This document shows positions 48,744 through 58,610 of a stretch of 64,000 nt of DNA, in pieces. The number at the start of each line of letters is the position of its first letter. The stretch's first letter is position 1. The stretch is taken from the NCBI GenBank assembly GCA_963776275.1, contig CAVZMI010000029.1, positions 1-64,000 of the forward strand. The letters run 5' to 3'. The notes under the pieces are model-generated. The model saw only the letters and a program-made list of their open reading frames with translations, searched no databases and was not told the origin of the DNA. This DNA comes from Ignavibacteriota bacterium (GTDB lineage Bacteria; Bacteroidota; Ignavibacteria; UBA10030; CAVZMI01). The position numbers and the translations under genes were made by a program.

Positions 48744-49706
48744 ATATGGGTGAAGAGGTATGACAGGCATTGACAGTTCGTGATGTGCTCTTTGAACTAA
48801 TCCCGGATTTCCGTTTTCATCGATTACTTTTTTATACGGTGATGAACTCCGGCCAATATTGTCCTTCCCCGTCCACACGACGTTAGTCCATAGCCATGAT
48901 CGCCGTTGATATTCCTTGCTCTCTGGATCAAAGTTGCCATAAGTCATATCCTCGGCAGGCTCTATCACTGGAAATATTTTGCCATCAATAAGCCGACTAC
49001 ATTGTGGACAGCAATTGATCAGAGACATTCCTATTACCCAATCACTGGGTGGTACCTGTGCCAGATATCCATTGTTGAAAGCAGCATTCGTTTCGGTGAT
49101 CGCGACTCTCTTCCAATCCCTGTTCAGTTCGTGCTCATCATCAAAGAATTCTGTTTCCAATGCCCGTCGAAAATCCCGGACACTGCCACGATTCTTAAGA
49201 TTATCATATAAGAGTTCTTGTATCCTACTCACGGTCCGACCGGTAGCGTTTGTCAAATTCTTCGCACCGTTCGAAACGCTCCATTCCAAAGCTTTTGTCT
49301 CGCGGACTGTTAGTTTGTAATCTCTTGCTGCATCCCGAATTCGTGCTGGAAGTTTTTCTATATCGAGTATTTTTCGAGGCGGTACTGGCGGAAGAGTCTC
49401 ACTCTTCTCAATCAATTTGCCGATGATGAATCCCCTTACTAACCATGTCTCTATCTCCGGCATTTTCCCATAAAAATATTTCCGGATGAATGAATCGATA
49501 TCCTGAAGATCTTGAAGTGTGGGTATCGCACCCTCCTTCAATCTTCCTGCCAGATATTTATTCAGCGATTCATAGAATTTCTCAATTTCGAAAGAAGAAT
49601 GGAATTGCTTCTCAAGTATTCCTAATTCTTCAAGGTGTTGTATGCCTCCTGGCTGAGTTTGAAGCTTCTGGAATACATCTCTTGATATTTTAAGAGGTGC
49701 TGTCAT
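47835..49706 (-). CDS. MuF-like minor head protein N-extein + N-intein + HNH
   Basis: LNRDWKRVAITETNAAFNNG; CCPQC; W.GKDNIGR; PLHPYC. Confidence 0.85.
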   Translation of the reverse strand: MTAPLKISRDVFQKLQTQPGGIQHLEELGILEKQFHSSFEIEKFYESLNKYLAGRLKEGAIPTLQDLQDIDSFIRKYFYGKMPEIETWLVRGFIIGKLIEKSETLPPVPPRKILDIEKLPARIRDAARDYKLTVRETKALEWSVSNGAKNLTNATGRTVSRIQELLYDNLKNRGSVRDFRRALETEFFDDEHELNRDWKRVAITETNAAFNNGYLAQVPPSDWVIGMSLINCCPQCSRLIDGKIFPVIEPAEDMTYGNFDPESKEYQRRSWLWTNVVWTGKDNIGRSSSPYKKVIDENGNPGLVQRAHHELSMPVIPLHPYCFYGDAIISLSNGERKKIKDIQEGDEVFTHRGKHQKVIGKNVREYIGKFNRLTTDNGIELKSTSKHEILIKRNEKFYWAKIDEIIPGDMVVELEAKYKPTAEELSEKHNIHHMSILQMSKQYGVSPDTVRRWMNNYGLKWRNKSEALYERYKDPEERKRIIEKAHLAIKKKVQDGSWGQWLKGKPSWNSGKNKGSNPSIKKISDSKIGSLNPNYGKVKIQAPRFKDGRKSYRKYAFGIYGKKKECERCGSVFSLHVHHKDRDRHNNEMDNLEVLCRECHDDEHASEKGEKLRNEKGQFQSKV

Positions 49707-50056
49707 TCGACGGAACCATGATTCTTGTCATTCCAATATTGCATCCATGCTTCAACCATCCGTTCCACCATTTCTTTTGGTAGGCCTGTTGAGTTTGTCA
49801 CCCTATCGATCGCCTCGTCTTTGGTACCATTGATCGTCTGTGGTGCTATAGGTACATTGATACGGAAGGGTTGTCCAAAAACACAGCTGTTATAGACATT
49901 ACCAGCTATGCCCCGCTGCCCGGATTTATGCATTTTGAGAATCTGCATTTCCTGCGAGAATATATCTTTCTTTTTCTGTCGATCCTGTGCGTGAATAGAC
50001 TGCTCTGATTCGATGCCGAATACGCTTTTGCCGAATGCTTCGATCTTCAATTTCAT
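49703..50056 (-). CDS. Hypothetical protein
   Basis: ORF track; coupled. Confidence 0.5.
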   Translation of the reverse strand: MKLKIEAFGKSVFGIESEQSIHAQDRQKKKDIFSQEMQILKMHKSGQRGIAGNVYNSCVFGQPFRINVPIAPQTINGTKDEAIDRVTNSTGLPKEMVERMVEAWMQYWNDKNHGSVE

Positions 50057-50472
50057 AAACCTTCTCCTGTTATTTGTCCTTCAAAATTCTTCTTTATTTT
50101 TTGTGCTTCTATGAGTTGAATCCTCAAATATTTATTTACTTCTTCAAGATCGAGTTCTACTGCCAGCTGATTCTTCAGTTCCTGCAGGTATTGCCATCGC
50201 TCCGGGTGTTCTTTTCTGACCCATACTTGGTACTCTATCTCCGTCATGCTTGATAAGTGTTTGTACTTATGACAACAGATGCACAAACATATTCCGTTCA
50301 GTAAGTTCCATCGTAGTCTCAGATTCCCCCGGGTGACAATGTGATCTGCTTCAAAATCCTTTTCCTCTCCTTCTTGACCGCAGCGTTCACAAACGCACGG
50401 TGCGCGAATGATTCTCCGCCATAGATCGTCGTTCGATTCATGAAGCTTATCACGATCGTACTCCGTCGTCAC
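50053..50472 (-). CDS. NinG-like/HNH endonuclease
   Basis: CERCG; ADHIVTRG..LRW...NG..LC..CH. Confidence 0.75.
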   Translation of the reverse strand: MTTEYDRDKLHESNDDLWRRIIRAPCVCERCGQEGEEKDFEADHIVTRGNLRLRWNLLNGICLCICCHKYKHLSSMTEIEYQVWVRKEHPERWQYLQELKNQLAVELDLEEVNKYLRIQLIEAQKIKKNFEGQITGEGL

Positions 50473-51026
50473 TTACTCAATCCTCTGTAAATCAATGTGG
50501 CTGCCACAACACCAGCACCAAACCAAATTTCTTTCTTCTCATACCAGGGTATCTCCTGCAGCAATGGTATGATCTCTTTGATTTGGACCTGCTTCAATCG
50601 TATTTCACAGCTATCTCGCGTATGCATCATTAACTTCGTGATAGGATCGGCTTTTATACTCCAATGTGTGATGATCCTGGCACCTTCGGTCTCCGCCGTA
50701 TCGATGTAATGCTCTTCAAATGGCTGAGCCAGATCTCGGATAATCATTTTTAGACTGTCAAGGTTATCTTTAAGGCTACCGGCTGCCGTCATCAAACTAT
50801 CTATCCTTGCCTGCTCTACTTTTGTCGCTTTTACCGGTTGTGCTTTCTTAGTTTCGGACTTCGGTGGAAGCTGAATCGGTGGCAAATTTATTCTCAGAGT
50901 ATCCATCTGATGTGGTAACATAGCAATACGATTTCGCTCATGACTTACACCTGTAAAAAACCCTCCACCAAATAATAATGCGATTATTATTATTGCCAAC
51001 AAAAACCATTTAATCGTGTCCTTCAT
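50469..51026 (-). CDS. Membrane protein, spanin-like
   Basis: N-terminal TM; C-terminal PWYEKKEIWFGAGVV. Confidence 0.45.
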   Translation of the reverse strand: MKDTIKWFLLAIIIIALLFGGGFFTGVSHERNRIAMLPHQMDTLRINLPPIQLPPKSETKKAQPVKATKVEQARIDSLMTAAGSLKDNLDSLKMIIRDLAQPFEEHYIDTAETEGARIITHWSIKADPITKLMMHTRDSCEIRLKQVQIKEIIPLLQEIPWYEKKEIWFGAGVVAATLIYRGLSK

Positions 51027-51190
51027 TGTTAACTCTCCTTATGATATTCACCATGGATGGCGGTGGGTAAACAAAATCGTGTCGTCTGCAAGTGACCAAT
51101 ATCTGTGATTGATTCTTTCTTCTTTCAAGCCGTAGGTCATAGAATATTTCACCTTCCGTCTCATAGATGCTTTCGATTATCGCATGACAA

Positions 51191-51490
51191 TTAAACTCCA
51201 AACAAAACACCCTGTCCCTGCTCTGCGGTGACTCCTGTTCTTTGTATATCACCGTTGTCCCCCTCCATTGAATTCCCCTGCTCCCGCTTACACTCAATAC
51301 TTGCTGCCAGTTTCCTGTTTATACATCGTGTTCGGTGATGTATGTAGCAATGAGCAAGCCGCATTCCATCAACCGCTAAATTTTCAAATCCATCTATAGT
51401 CTTGAAAAAGTTCAAGGATTCTATTGGACAGCTGCATTCCGATTCTGAAGTTGATATCTTGCGACTTTTTCTGTGATAAATTCTTTCCAT
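51191..51490 (-). CDS. Hypothetical protein
   Basis: ORF track; overlaps 51010..51297. Confidence 0.35.
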   Translation of the reverse strand: MERIYHRKSRKISTSESECSCPIESLNFFKTIDGFENLAVDGMRLAHCYIHHRTRCINRKLAASIECKREQGNSMEGDNGDIQRTGVTAEQGQGVLFGV

Positions 51491-53200
51491 TTATTCCGGC
51501 TCTCCATACTGCTCGATGAGCTGACGATCCTTTTCACTCAGTTCATTTCCTCCCTGTCCCTCTCCTGGACCGGCTGGCTGCTGCTGCATTGCCTGTTGCT
51601 GCTGCGCTGCTTCTTCCTGTTGCTTCTGCTGTGCTATCATCCGGATAAATGATTGTACTGCTGTGCTATCGATTGCCGGCATGTCATAAATATTCATATC
51701 TCCGAGCATCAGCCTCGCCGGTTCTTCCCCGTTCTCCTTCCGGATGCTGTTGATCGATGTATCGATCGATATCCGCTGTTTATTAACACTCATCTTCGCC
51801 TTCATATCCTCATCGGCAAGGCCTTTAAAATCGATCTTCACTGGTAATCTGGTGATTTCTTCAAATACTGTCACTCCCGATGTGGTAAGGGTGTTCAAAG
51901 TGTTTTCAGCGTGGTTTAAGAAAGTTTTCAATCCGTTGTCTCTGGATTCTTTCCATACGCCATCTTTATTCTCTTCATTGAGCCTGCTGCCCTTCATCGC
52001 ATCCTGAAAACTTGCAATCCCCAGTTCGTTAGGGTTCGTTCCGGAGAGAGCGCATACAATGCTGACAAAGAGTGTAAGTCCGGTATAGAATTCCAGTTCC
52101 TTCGGTGATGAATGGATGTTCACCCATTTCACATCACCCTTCTCCGGAACTCCAATGATAGGTAGACGCCGCTGGTTCCCTACACCTGTCATTGTCGCCC
52201 ATAGAATCTTCTTGAGTTTTTCCAGCTGCAGTGGATTCGACATTCCCCCGGTCATCGCCAGCACCCCCATCGGTGTTCTGTTCGTAGAGAAGTTCGAAGC
52301 ATTATATACGATCGCATTCAAGATAATCGTCGCAATCCGGATTGACTGTTCCATGACCGAATATCCTCGGCGCCATTTTGTATATTCGGTACGTAAGAAG
52401 AAATGAGATTTTATAAGATGATCACGTGTCACAGCCTGCCACCTTTCATCCCCTCTGATCATCACGTATTCTTTATCCGGTAGCTCGATATCTTTATTAT
52501 CTTTCCTGTCGACCAAATCCAATAGATCTTCGTCAACACGCGGCAAGGGGTAATGTCTGACTTTCGGTATGATCGGTCTCCATAGGGATGGATCTTCGAG
52601 CTGCAAACCGATTGGATTATTTAGCGCATCACGGTGGATCCGGATAGTAATATCATCTACGTCAAAAAAATCGTTGTACATCTGACCTAAAAACTTCGCC
52701 AAACTCGGCCTGGTCTCGCCGGCAGGGAAGAATAGTTTCTGCTGGAATCTTGATTCCCATTGCTCTAATTCCTTCTTCTGATCTTCAGTGGGATCAAAGC
52801 TTGGATTCTTCCATATTAGGCTAAAGCCTGTATCCCTACCGTATTTCCGTGAACTTGATAGCTCAGCAAAATCTGTCAGCTGCAGCCGTCGCAGGTTTTT
52901 AATCATTGCAGGTATTTCCGTCTCCCCTGCCCTACGGAGATAGCGATATGGAATGTCACGGCCGGTAGCGATGTCAATCCATTTGTACTTTTCATCTTCG
53001 CTTGTCGTCAGTAGAAGGCTTTCATAGAGCAACGCCGTCAATTTTTCGCCTTCTTTTTTTACCATCTGTAGTTCCGACATATCCTTCTCATACTGCTCTC
53101 TGAGTTTAGGATCCTTGTCGATTTCTTCGACAATCGCCGGATTTGATTTTACCAGGCTGTCTACTAAATTCCCCGCTACTTGGTCATCGAGTTCCAACAT
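51491..53200 (-). CDS. Portal protein
   Basis: Start MLELDD at 53200 (RBS aagggggg); GYS.ME; N..NF....TP.G.L; ICALSG..P.ELG; SRDNGLK..L. Confidence 0.88.
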   Translation of the reverse strand: MLELDDQVAGNLVDSLVKSNPAIVEEIDKDPKLREQYEKDMSELQMVKKEGEKLTALLYESLLLTTSEDEKYKWIDIATGRDIPYRYLRRAGETEIPAMIKNLRRLQLTDFAELSSSRKYGRDTGFSLIWKNPSFDPTEDQKKELEQWESRFQQKLFFPAGETRPSLAKFLGQMYNDFFDVDDITIRIHRDALNNPIGLQLEDPSLWRPIIPKVRHYPLPRVDEDLLDLVDRKDNKDIELPDKEYVMIRGDERWQAVTRDHLIKSHFFLRTEYTKWRRGYSVMEQSIRIATIILNAIVYNASNFSTNRTPMGVLAMTGGMSNPLQLEKLKKILWATMTGVGNQRRLPIIGVPEKGDVKWVNIHSSPKELEFYTGLTLFVSIVCALSGTNPNELGIASFQDAMKGSRLNEENKDGVWKESRDNGLKTFLNHAENTLNTLTTSGVTVFEEITRLPVKIDFKGLADEDMKAKMSVNKQRISIDTSINSIRKENGEEPARLMLGDMNIYDMPAIDSTAVQSFIRMIAQQKQQEEAAQQQQAMQQQPAGPGEGQGGNELSEKDRQLIEQYGEPE

Positions 53201-53260
53201 AGCCCACATCCCCCCTTTACAACTCTGAAAATTCAAATTTACATTGTGACACAAAGTCTT

Positions 53261-53776
53261 TTATGCTGTTAAATATTTTCTTCTGCGGCCAAGTTGTATA
53301 TTGCTGATTGCTGTCGGCGATATCATGAATCTATCCGCAATTTCGCGCTGGGTTATTTTCCCTCTCAAGTTTCTTATCTCCAGCACTTGCTCGTCTGTCA
53401 GTTTAGCTTCGGGATGTTTTTCACCTTCCAAAAATGTTCCATCCCTAATTCGATCCTCTTTCTGATTTTTCGATTTCGTGCCCCACGATAAATTAGCAAT
53501 AGAATTATCATTTTTGCCGTTTGGTCCATGACAGCCCTCCATTCCGGGAGGACATGAACCAACAAATGTGAGAAGCACAAGCCGATGGACTCGTAAATTT
53601 GGCTTATTCAAACCAAAATGTGCTATATTATATCCACGGCGATCTTTCCGTGGTTTCAGCTTTCTAATTCCGCGTTTATTTACTTTCGCGCCACCTATCG
53701 GCCTATTACTCCAAATATTTCCATCTGTATCGGCATAGTAATTTGGGTATCCGGGTATCGGTCTCATCTCAGCCAT
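53261..53776 (-). CDS. NUMOD4-HNH homing endonuclease
   Basis: MAEMRPIPGYPNYYAD..GNI; VHRLVLLTFVG..CHGPNG..NLSWGT..N. Confidence 0.9.
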   Translation of the reverse strand: MAEMRPIPGYPNYYADTDGNIWSNRPIGGAKVNKRGIRKLKPRKDRRGYNIAHFGLNKPNLRVHRLVLLTFVGSCPPGMEGCHGPNGKNDNSIANLSWGTKSKNQKEDRIRDGTFLEGEKHPEAKLTDEQVLEIRNLRGKITQREIADRFMISPTAISNIQLGRRRKYLTA

Positions 53777-54444
53777 TATAAATCCACTCTCTCGCCCAGA
53801 TCAACACCCGTTTCATCCGGGGCGGCTTTCGTTTCATCCGGCTGCGTCTCACGCAATATTCTTTGTTTCTGCTCATCCACTGTCAATTCAGATTTCGATA
53901 AATGTGTGGGAGGTTTTCCAATTGGTGCTGGTCGAGTATGTGTAAATCTCCGCTGGTGATCATAAGCAGCAGGTGTTGTTGGTGTCTCTTCCTGGACACC
54001 ATTCTTTTCTTTCTCCTCCATGATCTCTTTCAGGATGTCCTCAATCACAGCCACCGGGACTTCCAATTTACCCGACATCTCTTCTACAGAATAAGTTTTT
54101 GCATCTCCGAGCAATCGCTGCACTTGCCATCGTTGGAACTGCGCTGTGTACACGCTCGTTTCCAGCCAAATGTTCTTTTTGTTGAATAATTTCATCAGTT
54201 TTTCCGCGGAACGGGCAATCCATTTCCACGGACAGATCCCAAGCCATTCCCCGAATGTTAGTCTATTGCTGTCTGCCATCTGCAACACTCCGAGGCATTG
54301 CTTCATTATCTTCTCGGATAGTGCATTTGTCCGGCTCCACCAGTTTAGTGCTTCCGATGCAGACTGATACATCTTCTCTTTTCTATTTCGTTCACGTTCT
54401 ACCCTCCGATGAAGCTCTGCAATTTTCTTTTTCTGTGTGCTCAT
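53776..54444 (-). CDS. Hypothetical protein with HTH-like segment
   Basis: ORF track; SVEEMSGKLEVPVAVIE. Confidence 0.5.
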   Translation of the reverse strand: MSTQKKKIAELHRRVERERNRKEKMYQSASEALNWWSRTNALSEKIMKQCLGVLQMADSNRLTFGEWLGICPWKWIARSAEKLMKLFNKKNIWLETSVYTAQFQRWQVQRLLGDAKTYSVEEMSGKLEVPVAVIEDILKEIMEEKEKNGVQEETPTTPAAYDHQRRFTHTRPAPIGKPPTHLSKSELTVDEQKQRILRETQPDETKAAPDETGVDLGERVDL

Positions 54445-54483
54445 CTTTGCTATTCTCCCCTGGGAAATAAGACTGTAGTTTCC

Positions 54484-54735
54484 TCAATCTACTATTGTCG
54501 AATTGAAATGTTCGTCTGGATTGCTTACAACAAAAGCCCGATCAATCCAGTATTTTTCATCCAGCAAAAAATCACCCATTTTTTGTTCACTCGTTTTATC
54601 CCTAAATGCTGTATCAGAAAATCCAAGCTTACCACATAATTCTGTCACGGTTTTCTCGTCGTATCCTCCTGATTCAATTATTCTCCTTGCTTCCCGAACA
54701 TTTGCAAGTATCTGTGAAAGCTTTTTAGTCTCCAC
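54484..54735 (-). CDS. Hypothetical protein
   Basis: ORF track; RBS aggag. Confidence 0.5.
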   Translation of the reverse strand: METKKLSQILANVREARRIIESGGYDEKTVTELCGKLGFSDTAFRDKTSEQKMGDFLLDEKYWIDRAFVVSNPDEHFNSTIVD

Positions 54736-54770
54736 TATGTTGCTCCTTTCATCACATGAGAAATAAAGTT

Positions 54771-55007
54771 TTAACTGATTGGTCTTAGTGGTGTGTAGTT
54801 CCCGAAATGTGATGCATGCAACGGATGCACTCCGCGATGTGCATGGCTACGGCGTATTCGATTACCGCGACGTAGAGCATTCTTCTTGCGATAATTTTGT
54901 TTCGGCTGTAGTCCCGGGTTCATTGACTTTACAATCCCACCGACAAAACCGGCCATCACTTTCATTGGGCCTGGCTTCGCATGAATCGATTCGGATTTCT
55001 CTGCCAT
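54771..55007 (-). CDS. Hypothetical basic protein
   Basis: ORF track. Confidence 0.45.
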   Translation of the reverse strand: MAEKSESIHAKPGPMKVMAGFVGGIVKSMNPGLQPKQNYRKKNALRRGNRIRRSHAHRGVHPLHASHFGNYTPLRPIS

Positions 55008-55029
55008 GTTTTGCCTTTCATTATGTTTA

Positions 55030-55326
55030 TTAAATGTGTGATTCTTTAATCTTTCCAGTATCTATGTCCAACGATAATCTTTGTTGTTGTTCGAGTATTG
55101 CCATTTCGAAATCGCCTAAATAATGCATCGCGAAATCACCCAACTCTACAACTTGGTCAATTGGTAAATTCAATTCTTTTGATATGATCTGTAGGAAAGC
55201 TGCTTTGGTAGGATCCTTTTTCTTCTCTTCTTCGAGGCGCTGTCGAATCAAAATATATCGTCTTGATAACTCTATGAGTTTGTCATCATCCTCGAAAATA
55301 TTTTCGGGGCCGGTTATCGACGGCAT
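55030..55326 (-). CDS. Hypothetical protein
   Basis: ORF track. Confidence 0.45.
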   Translation of the reverse strand: MPSITGPENIFEDDDKLIELSRRYILIRQRLEEEKKKDPTKAAFLQIISKELNLPIDQVVELGDFAMHYLGDFEMAILEQQQRLSLDIDTGKIKESHI

Positions 55327-55354
55327 ATGGACGGCTCGCTGAATGGATAGACAT

Positions 55355-55384
55355 AAAAAAAGGCATACACTTTTTGTGCTGCCT
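55355..55384 (-). terminator. Intrinsic terminator
   Basis: aggca..tgcct followed by T-run on minus strand. Confidence 0.5.
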
Positions 55385-55465
55385 CATTCAGTTTGGTTCG
55401 TTTCCACCATTCACTATACGAACCGATTCCGTTTCGTCTATTGTTGTGTTATCTCTTCTGGTCTA

Positions 55466-55885
55466 TTATTCTCCGTTAGTGTTAGACTGTTTTACTTCAC
55501 ATTCTTTGTTACATAAAGTTGTACAAATATATGAAATCTGATCTCCCATGTCAAGTGGTTTTTTGTCTTTTATCACTTCACCTGTATAAATTCCACCCTC
55601 CTCTTTGATCAGCTGCTCCTTCTCCGGATCGAAGCCCGATTCGATCAGTTCCTTAAACAGCCGGCAATCAATCCTTTCCAGTTCCTCCTGCAACTTCTGG
55701 ATGTTCTGGGGCGTCGGTTCGCATCCGAATTGTTCTAAAATCACCCTACATTTTCGAGGTCTATTCTTCAATTCTGCTGGCGCTCTCCAAGCAAGATATT
55801 TCGCAATCTGCGCCGCTCTTCTATGTCTTACTATCTGATCCATTCCCTCATCCTTCAAATGGTCAATAAAAGTAAATTCCCTCAA
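55466..55885 (-). CDS. Hypothetical protein
   Basis: ORF track. Confidence 0.45.
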   Translation of the reverse strand: MREFTFIDHLKDEGMDQIVRHRRAAQIAKYLAWRAPAELKNRPRKCRVILEQFGCEPTPQNIQKLQEELERIDCRLFKELIESGFDPEKEQLIKEEGGIYTGEVIKDKKPLDMGDQISYICTTLCNKECEVKQSNTNGE

Positions 55886-55956
55886 TAATTGACGAATCTC
55901 TTTTTTTATTACCCAGCATACAACCGCCCTGGAATCTCCTGACTAACTCCATGTTA

Positions 55957-56196
55957 TCAAACCAGCACCATTGAAGAAGTAGACAGAACCCCTCCTGCCA
56001 ACTTCCAACTCCCTTGCTCCCATGTAGGTATGAAACCGGCCGAGATTGCCTTCTGAATAATTAGATCCCTTTTCTCTTTCAAGATTCGCACCTCGAACTC
56101 GGCTTCAATCCCCGGTTTGAGATCATCGAGCACGATGTCTTTGATCTGATTATCGATGTGATTCAACTGGTTTTCTATTTCTCTCACCCTATCCAT
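55957..56196 (-). CDS. Hypothetical protein
   Basis: Likely start MDRVRE with RBS ggggag. Confidence 0.45.
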   Translation of the reverse strand: MDRVREIENQLNHIDNQIKDIVLDDLKPGIEAEFEVRILKEKRDLIIQKAISAGFIPTWEQGSWKLAGGVLSTSSMVLV

Positions 56197-56220
56197 TGGC
56201 TCCCCCTCTTGTGCCAATAG

Positions 56221-56249
56221 ATAATATCACATAATATGATAAATGTCAA
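56221..56249 (-). promoter_or_regulatory. Sigma70-type promoter
   Basis: TTGACA-17 nt-TATTAT. Confidence 0.65.
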
Positions 56250-56527
56250 GTATTATCTGACATTAGTTTCGTTCTATCGAGAATATTAAATACCTCTTCA
56301 TTAAGTGGAGATACCTCATCAAACGTAACAGTTCTCTTTTCGTTGTATTTTTCATAGGACGGACAACCTGACCAGCCTTTGATGGTTAATCGCCGTTGCC
56401 CATTGGGTTTAGCAATTCCTCTCTCATCGGTAAACGAATAGTGCTCAATTTCAAATACTATTGGTTTCTTTACTGTTGTCTGTCCTTCCTCTTGTATCTC
56501 CTCAATCGTTATTCGACATTTAGGCAT
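56246..56527 (-). CDS. Hypothetical protein
   Basis: ORF track. Confidence 0.45.
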   Translation of the reverse strand: MPKCRITIEEIQEEGQTTVKKPIVFEIEHYSFTDERGIAKPNGQRRLTIKGWSGCPSYEKYNEKRTVTFDEVSPLNEEVFNILDRTKLMSDNT

Positions 56528-56711
56528 TTTTCTTTTCCTCCTCGTACTTCTGACACATCCACATTCTCAGGTATGGCGATAGTTTAAGGTGTAAGCCTGC
56601 TGCCCTCTGTTCGAACTCCGTCACCATTTCCTCTGGTAGCCCTATCTGTACCATTTGTAACTTCTTCCCTGCATCATCTTCCCCGGTCTTTTTACGCTGT
56701 TTGGTCGCCAT
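56520..56711 (-). CDS. Small RHH-like DNA-binding protein
   Basis: MVQIGLPEEMVTEFEQRAAGLHLKLSPYLRMW. Confidence 0.55.
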   Translation of the reverse strand: MATKQRKKTGEDDAGKKLQMVQIGLPEEMVTEFEQRAAGLHLKLSPYLRMWMCQKYEEEKKNA

Positions 56712-57848
56712 GGTTTATCTCTTCGTCTTTTATTAGTGGATTCGGTACAGTCCATCTGTTTGAGTAATTTGGACATTGTAGCGTCACTGTATCATTATTG
56801 TTAATTGAAATCACTTCGCCTTCACCATCACATTCTAAACAATACTTCTCTTCACCTAAATGCTCCAGAATATCACGTTGATTTATTGTACTTGTACTCA
56901 TTCGGATATTGACCTCTGAACTGTTGTTTCCATCGATTCATCGAGCTCAAACGTATGTGTATTAATACAACCCATTCCTCCAATGTTTCTCTTTACTTTT
57001 TCTTCTTCTTTCTCGGTAGGTTTTGTGCTGAACATCCTCACACCTATTATATCGCACTCTGCACATGAAACGGCAACCGTCACCCATTTCTTTTCACTCA
57101 TTTCTCGATCCCCCGGTTATTGCTTTCCAATGTAAGACAATACAATATAATACTCAAGTCAAGTTATCAGCTCTTCCCGGGCTGCCTGCCGACGTGCAAG
57201 AATCTTGCTGAATTTCTGGTTTTCCTGCTCTGTTTCCTCAATCGCCGAGTTAATGGCACTCACTACTCTCTCGATCAGGATCCCGGGTTCCTGTGTAGGG
57301 GCTTTTTGAATAGCACCTTCGGCCAGTAAGTATACACGGTTCTTATCCATATTATTCCTCTTGCTGCTTTCGACCCTGTTCTTCCCGTTCACGTTGTTGT
57401 CGTCTTATCTCACGCGCTGGTTCCTCTTGTGGAAGTTTCTCCCTATCCCTTGTGGAGAGTTTTTCCTTAATGGTTTTCATCCAAATCCTATATATCAATG
57501 ATCCCGCCTTCCTTATAATACGGGCATCAATCTTCTTTTCTTCTCTATTTGTTAGTTCAATTCGTTCTATTATCGCATCCTTCTTCTTGTTCATGCTTTC
57601 TTCTCCACCTGCTCAACTTGACTCTTTTTATCTATGTGTTGATAACAATCTATATTTTTGTGATAAGATGACCTTATCACTCTGGACTATTATCTCCATT
57701 GGTGAAAATTCAAGTACTGGAATTCCATTGCGTATAAAAATTCCTCGCCCATCTGGATATAAGAATAATAGGTCATCTCCTCTGAGATCTTTTGAGGTAA
57801 GAATATTTATACCAAAGATCATCATACTTTCTGTTCTATTTTCCCTTC

Positions 57849-58610
57849 TTAGGTTAACCATATCGGATCAGTCTCAACTTCCTTTTCGATCTCTCTTACA
57901 ATTTGACAATCACCCAGTAGCGGTTCTCCGTCACTTCCGGTCCCGATCCTATTTCCCGATACCTCATATATTGGTCTCTGAAAACAACCTGATAACGTTA
58001 CACAAGCTGACCCGGTATGACTTGGCATTATAACTCGCACCTTTCTCCCTCTCTCGATCGCTTCATACACCGATATTCCTTCTTCGTCTTTTTTGAAAAG
58101 ATAGTTATGAGAACGACCGGATTCTGGTGGTAATCCAAATCGTATGTAAATTATATTACCGTTTGTCCCGTTTCGATTCCAATATTTGAATTCCAAGCTG
58201 CTCGCTATCTGATACAACTGTTTCGGTTCAATACGTTTATTGTGCAGCAATGGCGCCTTCTTCAATATATTCATGGATTTATAATCATTCTCTTCTTTTA
58301 TTTCGATCAGTCCACAGTACTTGGGGACATCTGGGATTATGCCTGCTGGGGCCACAAAAAAATATCTGTTCGGCCTTCTATTATCCACTGGGAAAACTTT
58401 CTCTCCCTGCAGCACTGAATGTTTCCACGCCTTCTGTTTGAATTCACGAAGATAGTCGGCCTTCGAAATCTTTATCTCAAATTCCCATACAATCAGATTG
58501 GGCCGTATAAGCAATAGATCTGCTTCCCATCCATAGAGTAAACTATTGGGTGTGATGATCCCTGCTGATAGCCGGTTCCTGAGTATCTGTTGGATGTCAG
58601 CTTCCCTCAT
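57849..58610 (-). CDS. MmcB-like PD-(D/E)XK nuclease with extra C-terminal domain
   Basis: WEADLL..WEFEIKISKADY..E; PNRYFFVAP..CGLI; C-terminal YIRFG.PP..GRS.N..E.G.SVY. Confidence 0.7.
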   Translation of the reverse strand: MREADIQQILRNRLSAGIITPNSLLYGWEADLLLIRPNLIVWEFEIKISKADYLREFKQKAWKHSVLQGEKVFPVDNRRPNRYFFVAPAGIIPDVPKYCGLIEIKEENDYKSMNILKKAPLLHNKRIEPKQLYQIASSLEFKYWNRNGTNGNIIYIRFGLPPESGRSHNYLFKKDEEGISVYEAIERGRKVRVIMPSHTGSACVTLSGCFQRPIYEVSGNRIGTGSDGEPLLGDCQIVREIEKEVETDPIWLT

